Positions 25,265 through 31,943 of a stretch of DNA of 37,808 bases are shown piece by piece. Source of the stretch: a virus; IMG/VR virus record IMGVR_UViG_3300045988_014803, positions 1 to 37,808 of that record. One strand, given 5' to 3'. The notes below the pieces were generated by a model. The model saw nothing but the letters and a program-made list of their open reading frames with translations. It did no database searches and had not been told where the DNA came from. The translations under genes and the position numbers were made by a program. Within the stretch, counting starts at the first letter, position 1; each line of letters opens with the position of its first letter.

Positions 25265-25303
25265 TTTTTTCGCCCTCCCTAATATACTTCAATATGAACA
25301 GTG

Positions 25304-25660
25304 CTAATGATTCTGTCCTCGTTCATTTTCCAAGTCCTTGATTCTTTGTTCGTGATCATCCTTGTATTTGAACAGCGTATTTACACGTTCCGTAACAAGA
25401 ATTAGTTGCTCTGATACCTTTTTCAGCTGCTCAGTCTTTTCGCCGTTATCTGCCATCATTTTCTTTGATGTATCATAGAATTCGTCAAGCTTTACGCTGA
25501 TTTTTACAAAATTCTTTTCGATGTCCATCTGCCGATTCTTTTCTCGCTCTGCCTGTTCTTCCTGACGTTTTTTGCCACCTGCAAATGTGTTAATTAACGT
25601 ACATGCCAGTGATGTCAAGGAAATAAGTAATGCGATGCTTACACTTGCTTCAGGAGTCAT
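25304..25660 (-). CDS. Membrane-anchored coiled-coil protein of the lysis cassette
   Basis: 118 aa. One N-terminal TM segment, then a charged coiled coil. Lies between the holin and the endolysin. Confidence 0.6.
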   Translation of the reverse strand: MTPEASVSIALLISLTSLACTLINTFAGGKKRQEEQAEREKNRQMDIEKNFVKISVKLDEFYDTSKKMMADNGEKTEQLKKVSEQLILVTERVNTLFKYKDDHEQRIKDLENERGQNH

Positions 25661-25864
25661 TTATTCCACCTTTTTATAGTTCGCCGAACTAATCTGTAAA
25701 CATGCTCCAATGCACGTTCCAATTGCCGAAATAGTTCCTGCAATTGCTTCTGCATAATCCCATCCCCAGATTTTGCCGAGCGTGATAATTAAAGCTGAAA
25801 ATGCGTTCGTTCCAACAAGTGCAACCCATTTTAAATTGTCATATGTTTTATTAGAAAATACCAT
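25661..25864 (-). CDS. Putative holin
   Basis: 67 aa with two hydrophobic segments and a charged C-terminus (NYKKVE). Immediately upstream of the lysis genes. Confidence 0.65.
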   Translation of the reverse strand: MVFSNKTYDNLKWVALVGTNAFSALIITLGKIWGWDYAEAIAGTISAIGTCIGACLQISSANYKKVE

Positions 25865-25905
25865 TTTTTACCTTCTTTCATAACTAAATTATACTATAAT
25901 TATTG

Positions 25906-25934
25906 CCAAAAAAAAGGGTTTTATCCCCTTTTTT
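25906..25934 (-). terminator. Putative terminator between the early region and the lysis cassette
   Basis: The minus strand reads AAGGG-gataaaa-CCCTT followed by TTTTTT. Confidence 0.4.
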
Positions 25935-25946
25935 CTTTGCCTTTAT

Positions 25947-26114
25947 TTATTTCTGCTCGATAATAATTTTTCCTTTTTCTGCCTTCACCGTGATTTCTTT
26001 TTCTGGATCAATCCCAGATTCCGCCACAATCTTTTTTGATACTGTCGCAATATACGTGTTGATCTTTAAATCACCACCGATAGTTCTGTACTTCATTTTG
26101 TTAAGTTTAGCCAT
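25947..26114 (-). CDS. Small AbrB/SpoVT-like protein (55 aa)
   Basis: Not in the ORF track. The ATG overlaps the upstream stop (ATGGCTAA). KINTYIATVSKKIVAESGIDPEKEITVKAEKGKIIIE resembles the swapped-hairpin AbrB/MazE-type fold pattern. Confidence 0.4.
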   Translation of the reverse strand: MAKLNKMKYRTIGGDLKINTYIATVSKKIVAESGIDPEKEITVKAEKGKIIIEQK

Positions 26115-26313
26115 TGTTTACCTCTCTTTCATCGTTTAAATAATCAAACTCTTTCAATAATTCATTCTTTGTTTTCTCGAATTCTGATTCAATTTGCTTT
26201 TGTACATCAATCTTAGTTTGTTTAAACCACTTCTTTTTGAATTTCTTAACTGATTCCCTGTAAGTCTTTTCGTCACAATCACACGACTGCCACCATTCTA
26301 AATCGTGTAGCAA
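26107..26313 (-). CDS. Hypothetical protein, probable 3' part of a split gene
   Basis: The TTG start has no RBS. LLHDLEWWQSCDCDEKTYRESVKKFKKKWF.... Confidence 0.55.
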   Translation of the reverse strand: MLHDLEWWQSCDCDEKTYRESVKKFKKKWFKQTKIDVQKQIESEFEKTKNELLKEFDYLNDEREVNNG

Positions 26314-26318
26314 ATCAA

Positions 26319-26420
26319 CTAAACATCATTCATCATTGCATTTAATTGTGAATCATGCATCTTGCCTGCATATTCATATTCAATGCGACTATACATATAG
26401 TTATAACTTCCGCCGCTCAT
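26319..26420 (-). CDS. 33-aa ORF, probable 5' part of the same split gene
   Basis: Strong GGAGGA RBS. MSGGSYNYMYSRIEYEYAGKMHDSQLNAMMNDV then TAG. The downstream ORF continues in another frame. Confidence 0.45.
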   Translation of the reverse strand: MSGGSYNYMYSRIEYEYAGKMHDSQLNAMMNDV

Positions 26421-26422
26421 TC

Positions 26423-26647
26423 TCAATCCTCCACAAATTCAATTTGTTCACTTTCAACGCAAAATCTAGCACCATCGCCAAACTGGACATCATAAAGTAT
26501 AGGCTTTACATAATGATCTTTACTTATAACGCAAGTATGAATCACTTTGCCAATCTGACCGATATATTCTTTTTTAAGCTTTCCTGTACTACTTATCAAT
26601 TCTTCTTCGTACTTATCAATAAGACACAGCAATCTAGCTTTACGCAT
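26423..26647 (-). CDS. Hypothetical early protein
   Basis: MRKARLLCLIDKYEE.... The ATG at 26647 follows a GAGGTGA RBS. The ORF-track start at 26665 overlaps the upstream gene. Confidence 0.6.
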   Translation of the reverse strand: MRKARLLCLIDKYEEELISSTGKLKKEYIGQIGKVIHTCVISKDHYVKPILYDVQFGDGARFCVESEQIEFVED

Positions 26648-26649
26648 TA

Positions 26650-26874
26650 TTAGATCACCTCGCAATTTCTTAAAATCTCATTGATTGGAACATTATCCGG
26701 AACATTTCTAAAAAGTCCGTATTTCTTTATTTCCAATAAAGACACATATCTGTTTATTGGCTTATTTCCAAGATTTCCTTCAAACATCAGCAATATACAG
26801 TATTCATTTTGACTTAGCCTGTATAAAGGATCTTTACTTTCTGTTCTAGGCGTCATAAGCCCTGCGTGTCTCAT
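26650..26874 (-). CDS. Hypothetical early protein (C-terminal paralogue of 26874..27287)
   Basis: 74 aa ending ...YGLFRNVPDNVPINEILRNCEVI. Confidence 0.6.
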   Translation of the reverse strand: MRHAGLMTPRTESKDPLYRLSQNEYCILLMFEGNLGNKPINRYVSLLEIKKYGLFRNVPDNVPINEILRNCEVI

Positions 26875-27287
26875 TATTTAATTACCTCGCAATTATCTAA
26901 GATTTCACAAATTGGAATCTTTGTATCAATGTCTTTAAAATATCCCTTTTCACGCATTTTAAACAAATGTATTTGATTTGCAATGTTATTATACGTTTTA
27001 TAATCTTTATGTACACTTAACAAATCATACTCAAATTGAGTTATCTTATATTTTGGCTTTTCATATGGTTTATTTAACCATTCTTTAGTCTTTTCACTGC
27101 ATCCATGTCCTGTACTAAATCCACACTCGCTACAACTAATATCACTGCATCGACAAGGCTTTCCGTCGACTAGTGCAAAACAGTAGCCTGAATTTTCTAT
27201 GATTTCATCTTTAAAATGTTCATAATTTGTTTCCTGTTTTATTTCTTGTCTTTCTTCTTCAAACATTTCTCTAGCAGTCATCTTCAT
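26874..27287 (-). CDS. Hypothetical Cys-rich early protein
   Basis: 137 aa with Cys cluster CFALVDGKPCRCSDISCSECGFSTGHGC. The C-terminus ...KGYFKDIDTKIPICEILDNCEVIK is paralogous to the next gene. Confidence 0.6.
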   Translation of the reverse strand: MKMTAREMFEEERQEIKQETNYEHFKDEIIENSGYCFALVDGKPCRCSDISCSECGFSTGHGCSEKTKEWLNKPYEKPKYKITQFEYDLLSVHKDYKTYNNIANQIHLFKMREKGYFKDIDTKIPICEILDNCEVIK

Positions 27288-27358
27288 CGTCTCCTTTCAA
27301 CTTCTGCCCACAGAATGGACAACGTGGATAATATTTGTTTTCTTGTCATGCTTCCTCA

Positions 27359-27652
27359 TCATCCTCTATTCTCTCTAAATGTTTCATATTGATATCCGCC
27401 AACTTGTTCAAACATATCCATGTACATACTTAAGATACCAATATTCATAATTGACAATAGAAGAGTGATCACCAACGCAACTAGCAACCATGCTTGGACT
27501 GCTCGCTGCGTGATTTTCTTATGCTTCTTTTTTTTCTTCTGATTGATATTCAAAATGTTCAGCTGATCATTCTGAATTTTATCAGCTTCTTCAATCTTTG
27601 CTTCTAATTCCGCTATGTACGCATCTTTCTGTGCTTGTGTTAATTTAGCCAT
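27359..27652 (-). CDS. Membrane protein with N-terminal coiled coil and Lys-rich linker
   Basis: The ATG at 27652 follows a GAGGTGG RBS and overlaps the upstream stop. TM segment AWLLVALVITLLLSIMNIGILSMYM. Confidence 0.6.
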   Translation of the reverse strand: MAKLTQAQKDAYIAELEAKIEEADKIQNDQLNILNINQKKKKKHKKITQRAVQAWLLVALVITLLLSIMNIGILSMYMDMFEQVGGYQYETFRENRG

Positions 27653-27944
27653 TTTCTTCCACCTCATTTGAATCATCGCTGTTAACATCTTCAATCAATC
27701 CAATTGAAGCTGCTTTTTTTTCTAATTCTTTATCAGCTTTCTTATTGCAAACGTAAATGATAAACCTACCACCATAACCTCCTGATATTGAACGAATATC
27801 CATATCTAATAAATCATCTGAAATACATCCTTTATACTTTTTGGGATTAATCAATACGATAAATCTAGGTGGTCTATATCTTCTTTTCTCAAAAATGTTT
27901 ACTGTAGGGCATTCAAGCAATGGAAGCAATTCTATTAGTTTCAT
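27645..27944 (-). CDS. Hypothetical early protein
   Basis: 99-aa ORF translationally coupled to its neighbours. Confidence 0.6.
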   Translation of the reverse strand: MKLIELLPLLECPTVNIFEKRRYRPPRFIVLINPKKYKGCISDDLLDMDIRSISGGYGGRFIIYVCNKKADKELEKKAASIGLIEDVNSDDSNEVEENG

Positions 27945-28153
27945 ACTTCCACACCCTCGTCTTTCGGCATTTGATGTACTTCAACATTCTTATATTCTAT
28001 TTGGTTTTGAATCCAATCTAAAACCATTAAAGCTTTTTCTTCGGTTGAATATTCACCAACGAATGAACAACCGGCCCATATCTGTTTATCATGATAAATG
28101 GTTACATCATGAATTTCTGTTAATTTTTTTCTATCCTGACTTCTAATCCACAT
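27941..28153 (-). CDS. Hypothetical early protein
   Basis: 70-aa ORF with overlapping start and stop contexts. Confidence 0.6.
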   Translation of the reverse strand: MWIRSQDRKKLTEIHDVTIYHDKQIWAGCSFVGEYSTEEKALMVLDWIQNQIEYKNVEVHQMPKDEGVEV

Positions 28154-28154
28154 C

Positions 28155-28433
28155 TTAGTACCCCTCTTTCAATCTTTCGATCCATCCTCTTATGAAATAA
28201 CGGTCGTAATCCTTTTCAATATAACATCGTCCTTCTTTTCCAGGAATCTGAGCAAACTCATAAACTTCAACATCAATTGATCTAAAGAAAGCTTCAACTT
28301 CTTTAGAATCAAGTAACACGTGTTTAATAAACTTGAAACCATCATCTGTTTTGAAACTAATATTTACAATTGTTTTAAAGCCACCTTGATATTGGACTGT
28401 TTCATAGCCAAAAATATAAAATTCAGTAATCAT
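28155..28433 (-). CDS. Hypothetical early protein
   Basis: MITEFYIFGYETVQYQGG.... The ATG at 28433 overlaps the upstream TAA by 1 nt. The longer ORF-track N-terminus is Arg/Trp-rich and overlaps the upstream gene. Confidence 0.6.
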   Translation of the reverse strand: MITEFYIFGYETVQYQGGFKTIVNISFKTDDGFKFIKHVLLDSKEVEAFFRSIDVEVYEFAQIPGKEGRCYIEKDYDRYFIRGWIERLKEGY

Positions 28434-28711
28434 TAGAACTCCTCTCCGCATTTTGTGCATTTCCTTCTTACATAAATTCCACAGTCTTCTTGAATGTCTT
28501 CTTCCTCTATATCTCCACCACAGAATGGACATACATTTTCTTTTTCGCATATATCCTGCAAGTCATCTATTGCAACTCCTACATTTTTCAATGCCTTTTT
28601 GATTTTAGTACATTCATCTAGACTCAATCCTGCATCGGCAAGTCCACTCCGAATCTGATTGCTTGCTTCCATTAAAAGCCTTGCAATGTCATACATTTCT
28701 TTTACTTCCAT
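28433..28711 (-). CDS. Zinc-ribbon protein
   Basis: 92 aa. CPFCGG...17 aa...CTKCG gives four Cys at the C-terminus. Confidence 0.6.
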   Translation of the reverse strand: MEVKEMYDIARLLMEASNQIRSGLADAGLSLDECTKIKKALKNVGVAIDDLQDICEKENVCPFCGGDIEEEDIQEDCGIYVRRKCTKCGEEF

Positions 28712-28723
28712 GTTTTTTTCCTT

Positions 28724-29002
28724 CTAAAATAATGTAAGTTGTTCATATTTCTTTTGACTATTCCTTGACTTGACTAGGTCCTCATACCTGTTTGTAAACA
28801 TGCCTTTGTAGGCTATGCCATTTATCACTGTACGATTATCCATATCTTCATCAGATTCTATAGGCTCTAATATCAGTGCGCCTAGTTCATAATCTAAATA
28901 GTATTTCGCATCTGGTATCACTGACTTGATATATTTATCAGCTTTCTTTAGCTCTAGCTTTTCAACAAAGCTTGCATATCTTCCGTAAGTGATAATAACC
29001 AC
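28724..29002 (-). CDS. Hypothetical early protein
   Basis: 92-aa ORF. Confidence 0.55.
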   Translation of the reverse strand: MVIITYGRYASFVEKLELKKADKYIKSVIPDAKYYLDYELGALILEPIESDEDMDNRTVINGIAYKGMFTNRYEDLVKSRNSQKKYEQLTLF

Positions 29003-29004
29003 CT

Positions 29005-29211
29005 CTAATCTAGAAATAAGAATGTGAGATTTGTTGCATGATTTAAAAAATAAGCATTTCCTACTCTGTAGCCTGACCGCTCATCCGCTTCTGTAATCAA
29101 TACAGTAAATCCTAAATCATCCACATTTGTGATAATTCCTTTTTTCATGTATGTATCATTTGGATACAATCTGATTCTTCTTCCTTTGTAATTCTCTTTG
29201 TTATATTCCAT
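29005..29211 (-). CDS. Hypothetical early protein
   Basis: 68-aa ORF. Confidence 0.55.
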   Translation of the reverse strand: MEYNKENYKGRRIRLYPNDTYMKKGIITNVDDLGFTVLITEADERSGYRVGNAYFLNHATNLTFLFLD

Positions 29212-29235
29212 TTTTTTATCTCCTTTTGTTATAAA

Positions 29236-29484
29236 CTAACAACAATGTTTGTCTTCCCATTCTGCAATTTCTTCCGCATCATCAATGATTTCGCCATCTT
29301 CGCATACTAGCAATGTTTCATGTGAACCATAATCAACAATCTGATAATTGTTAGGTAATTCATCTGCATATAAATCAACCCCAAATAATTCAACGTTAAA
29401 ATCATCCTTAAATAAAACGTTCGCAACTTCTTCCACGATTCCTGAATTTGTAAAACTGTGATAACCAATATGTACTTGTTTCAT
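29236..29484 (-). CDS. Highly acidic small early protein
   Basis: 82 aa, rich in Asp/Glu (…EDGEIIDDAEEIAEWEDKHCC). AAGGAGAA RBS. Preceded by a perfect GTTTCAAATAGAAAC palindrome. Confidence 0.6.
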   Translation of the reverse strand: MKQVHIGYHSFTNSGIVEEVANVLFKDDFNVELFGVDLYADELPNNYQIVDYGSHETLLVCEDGEIIDDAEEIAEWEDKHCC

Positions 29485-29508
29485 GTTGTATTCTCCTTTT
29501 TTTATTTC

Positions 29509-29523
29509 GTTTCTATTTGAAAC
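29509..29523 (-). repeat. Motif copy (GTTTCAAATAGAAAC, perfect palindrome arms)
   Basis: Lies 24 nt upstream of the ATG at 29484. Confidence 0.75.
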
Positions 29524-29533
29524 CTTTAAGCAT

Positions 29534-29680
29534 TTATCTTGTAGCTAAAATATTGTAGAAGTTATCCTTATCATACAATTTTTCAATGAACTTTTCTGCG
29601 GCTTTCTCTGTCTTGAATGTTCTCTGTTTTGTAACAATTTCTCCGTTCTTCTTAATTTCTTGCCATACAATTTCAGTCAT
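29534..29680 (-). CDS. Hypothetical 48-aa protein
   Basis: Not in the ORF track. AAAGGAAAAAAG RBS. MTEIVWQEIKKNGEIVTKQRTFKTEKAAEKFIEKLYDKDNFYNILATR. Confidence 0.45.
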   Translation of the reverse strand: MTEIVWQEIKKNGEIVTKQRTFKTEKAAEKFIEKLYDKDNFYNILATR

Positions 29681-29695
29681 GTTCTTTTTTCCTTT

Positions 29696-29833
29696 CTATT
29701 TCATCCAGCCTAAGTTATATTCCTTGATCAACTGCTTTGCCTGTTTAACTGTAAAGTCAGACTTTTTAATACCAGTTTCACCGTTTCTATTTAAAATCTG
29801 TAATGCTAATTCTTTGATTTCTTTTGTTGTCAT
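29696..29833 (-). CDS. Hypothetical 45-aa protein
   Basis: Not in the ORF track. First ORF after the consensus promoter at 29864-29892. MTTKEIKELALQILNRNGETGIKKSDFTVKQAKQLIKEYNLGWMK. Confidence 0.45.
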   Translation of the reverse strand: MTTKEIKELALQILNRNGETGIKKSDFTVKQAKQLIKEYNLGWMK

Positions 29834-29863
29834 GTTTTTTATCTCTCTTTCTTTTACGTCTAT

Positions 29864-29892
29864 ATTATAACACTATAATATAGAAAAGTCAA
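29864..29892 (-). promoter_or_regulatory. Near-consensus sigma-70 promoter with extended -10
   Basis: The minus strand reads TTGACT-N17-(TGt)TATAAT, immediately after the terminator at 29921-29942. Confidence 0.7.
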
Positions 29893-29920
29893 ACGTTTTC
29901 ATGACATTTTTTGACAAATT

Positions 29921-29942
29921 AAAAAAGGGCTTTTATGCCCTT
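29921..29942 (-). terminator. Rho-independent terminator
   Basis: The minus strand reads AAGGGC-ataaaa-GCCCTT followed by TTTT. Confidence 0.7.
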
Positions 29943-29944
29943 CC

Positions 29945-30064
29945 TTATCTGTTTTCGATAATAGTTCTTTTCTGTAATACAGCACCCACAAATATTGTGA
30001 TCATTCCAATCACCAATACTGCACATCCCAGAACTTCAAACGCCACTTCGAAAAATGTTTTCAT
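29945..30064 (-). CDS. 39-aa hydrophobic (single-TM) peptide
   Basis: Not in the ORF track. AAAGGAGA RBS 5 nt upstream. MKTFFEVAFEVLGCAVLVIGMITIFVGAVLQKRTIIENR. The stop abuts the terminator. Confidence 0.5.
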   Translation of the reverse strand: MKTFFEVAFEVLGCAVLVIGMITIFVGAVLQKRTIIENR

Positions 30065-30115
30065 GTTGTCTCCTTTCATGCTTTTTTGTTTTCCTTTTTC
30101 CATATTTGCTGTATT

Positions 30116-30547
30116 TTATAAATTAAAATTGACTTCGCAATCTTTAACTTTCTCTCTTTTAATGTATCTTTTTAGCATATCATCTTTTAGTCTTAGCATT
30201 GAAAAATGTAATTTCGATTCGTAATAATCATTTAATTCACATGTTTGATATTCATATTCACCTATCGCATTGTATAGGTTTTCTGTAGAATACTTATATT
30301 CTTCATTACGTTGATTATTTTCTATGTCTCTGAACTCGTGTGGTGCACGATTTTCTCTATATCTAAAATTTACAGAATCATAATTCTTGTTTATGAGTTC
30401 TTGTCCTATTTCTCTTTTCATTGTTTCTGCGTTGTAAATAATTTGAATTTTTGGTTCATAACCTTCTGACTTTAAAGCTGTTCCATAATTCATAAATCCA
30501 TCAACTAATAGGCTAATTGTTTCATCATTGCATACATAAGCACTCAT
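30116..30547 (-). CDS. Hypothetical early protein
   Basis: MSAYVCNDETISLL.... The ATG at 30547 follows GAGAGGAAAA. The ORF track begins at an upstream TTG. Confidence 0.6.
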   Translation of the reverse strand: MSAYVCNDETISLLVDGFMNYGTALKSEGYEPKIQIIYNAETMKREIGQELINKNYDSVNFRYRENRAPHEFRDIENNQRNEEYKYSTENLYNAIGEYEYQTCELNDYYESKLHFSMLRLKDDMLKRYIKREKVKDCEVNFNL

Positions 30548-30644
30548 TTTATTTTTCCTCTCTTTCAATCTCTACTTGATTTAACAATCTTTAAATTCTT
30601 CTTTGTGTGCCCACACTTTAGGCGGTGGGCTTGCCTTTATATCG

Positions 30645-30971
30645 TTAATTCATTGCCTGCACTTGGCTTGCGCTGAAGAAGCTTGCTTTTTTCATGAACA
30701 TCCTTTTTTGTTCTTCGGTCATCCCCTCGCTATTTTCAGTTTCCTTCGATACGCATTTCCAGATGTGGAACTGTGCAACAGCTTTCTCGCCTTTCTTCAC
30801 ACAATAGCCGAGCTTTTTCCATGCTTGGAATGTATGAATGTCTTCAGGTTCATCAAGCATGATCTTATTTCCATTCTCGTCCTCGACTTCAAACTGTCTG
30901 CCAGTGGTTCCAATCTTTCCATTTTTCATAAGTTCAACTGCTTCATTAAATATAATCTGTGCGTTTGTCAT
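30645..30971 (-). CDS. ArdC-N-like (DUF1738-like) putative ssDNA-binding protein
   Basis: 108 aa. IHTFQAWKKLGYCVKKGEKAVAQFHIWK resembles the ArdC N-terminal domain core. Confidence 0.4.
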   Translation of the reverse strand: MTNAQIIFNEAVELMKNGKIGTTGRQFEVEDENGNKIMLDEPEDIHTFQAWKKLGYCVKKGEKAVAQFHIWKCVSKETENSEGMTEEQKRMFMKKASFFSASQVQAMN

Positions 30972-31006
30972 GTTTTTTTTCCTTTCTTTTTTCCTTTTGC
31001 AACATT

Positions 31007-31035
31007 ATAATATCATAATATATATGCGATTGCAA
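31007..31035 (-). promoter_or_regulatory. Sigma-70 promoter with extended -10
   Basis: The minus strand reads TTGCAA-N17-(TGa)TATTAT, about 35 nt upstream of the ATG at 30971. Confidence 0.55.
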
Positions 31036-31053
31036 TACTTTTTATCGTATTTT

Positions 31054-31068
31054 GTTTCTTTTTGAAAC
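31054..31068 (-). repeat. Motif copy (GTTTCAAAAAGAAAC; arms extend to TGTTTC/GAAACA)
   Basis: Lies directly after the DnaC-like stop and upstream of the promoter at 31007-31035. Confidence 0.7.
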
Positions 31069-31070
31069 AT

Positions 31071-31907
31071 TTACCCGTTCAAAATATCCATGAGCCTTGA
31101 ATCCTGCGCTTTGTTCTTTCTTCTGTCCTCACCGCTTACCAATACAGGAAGGCACATCTCAATAATACGGCTGTATATTCTGGCTTTGCTTGTATCTTCT
31201 GTATGGTACAAGTCTGAATACTTCAGATTCGTTGTAATAATCATTGGCTTCCCACTTCTGTATCTTGCATCAATGATGTTGTACACAAGTTCGTTAACAT
31301 ATTCAGTGTTTCGTTCAATCCCTAGATCATCAATCACCAAAAGGTCAAACTCGTTAAGGCTGTCCAGATATTTCTGCTTTCCTTCATACATTCCCTGAAG
31401 GGTATTGATGATTCGAGTAAAATTTGTCACAAGACACGGTACGCCATTGTCAATTAATTCATTTGCGATGCATGAAGCAAGAAACGTCTTACCTGTTCCA
31501 ACTCCTCCAAATAAGATAAGTCCTTTTCCTGCATCCTTGAAGTCCTCAAACCGTCTGGCATAATTTCTGCACATGTCGCTAGCCTTCTTTGATTTCTGGT
31601 CATCGTGATCAAATCGGCATTTCTGAAGCTCTCTGTCTGGAAAGCCTGTGTTCCTATATCCTTCAATTCGTGCCAGTCTGTCCTGTTTCTTTTTCTCTTC
31701 TTCCTTCCTATCATTTTCAGCAATTAAGCATGAACACATTACAGGAACATATACCCCGACCGCCGACATCCATTTTCTTCGCGGCTCATTGCATTTTCGA
31801 CAGTAAATCATATTGTCTTTGATATATTCAGTGCTTTCATCGCAATGTTCTAACATCCTCTGGATTGCTTCTTCTGTTGGCTTTTCATTTTTAATGATAT
31901 CTTGCAT
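31071..31907 (-). CDS. DnaC/IstB-like AAA+ helicase loader
   Basis: Walker A GGVGTGKT, Walker B LLVIDDLG, and RYRSGKPMIITTN. N-terminal Cys cluster CRKCNE...MCSC. Confidence 0.85.
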   Translation of the reverse strand: MQDIIKNEKPTEEAIQRMLEHCDESTEYIKDNMIYCRKCNEPRRKWMSAVGVYVPVMCSCLIAENDRKEEEKKKQDRLARIEGYRNTGFPDRELQKCRFDHDDQKSKKASDMCRNYARRFEDFKDAGKGLILFGGVGTGKTFLASCIANELIDNGVPCLVTNFTRIINTLQGMYEGKQKYLDSLNEFDLLVIDDLGIERNTEYVNELVYNIIDARYRSGKPMIITTNLKYSDLYHTEDTSKARIYSRIIEMCLPVLVSGEDRRKNKAQDSRLMDILNG

Positions 31908-31928
31908 GTTTTTCTAGTCCTTTCTTTT

Positions 31929-31943
31929 GCTTCTATTTGAAAC
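31929..31943 (-). repeat. Motif copy (GTTTCAAATAGAAGC)
   Basis: Overlaps the stop of the initiator gene, 21 nt upstream of the DnaC-like ATG. Confidence 0.7.

Noticed and set aside
25903-26139. A 78-aa plus-strand ORF lies between the early region and the lysis genes.
   Set aside because: It is Phe/Ile-rich shadow sequence. The minus strand encodes a 55-aa ORF with start-stop coupling (ATGGCTAA) and a terminator.
27288-27358. A possible small zinc-ribbon gene (..YYPRCPFCGQKLKGDDEDDC).
   Set aside because: The frame has no ATG, GTG or TTG start after the preceding stop, and only half a ribbon is encoded. It is treated as a gene remnant and mentioned under the findings.
28434-28550. Long N-terminal extensions in the ORF track. 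Examples are 28155..28550, 14604..15776, 36889..37149, 36146..36814, 27359..27694 and 35559..35897.
   Set aside because: The extensions overlap the upstream gene, are Arg/Lys/Met-rich nonsense, and lack an RBS. Internal ATGs with strong RBSs and ATGA/TAATG coupling give the expected protein N-termini.
29586-30224. Plus-strand ORFs of 94 and 107 aa from the ORF track.
   Set aside because: They are hydrophobic and low-complexity with no RBS. The minus strand here holds three short ORFs with good RBSs plus a terminator and a consensus promoter, which explains the region better.
30610-30632. The hairpin GCCCAC-N10-GTGGGC after the ArdC-N-like gene could be a terminator.
   Set aside because: No U-tract follows on the transcribed (minus) strand, and the stem is only 6 bp. 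It may be an mRNA-stabilising hairpin at most, so it was not called.
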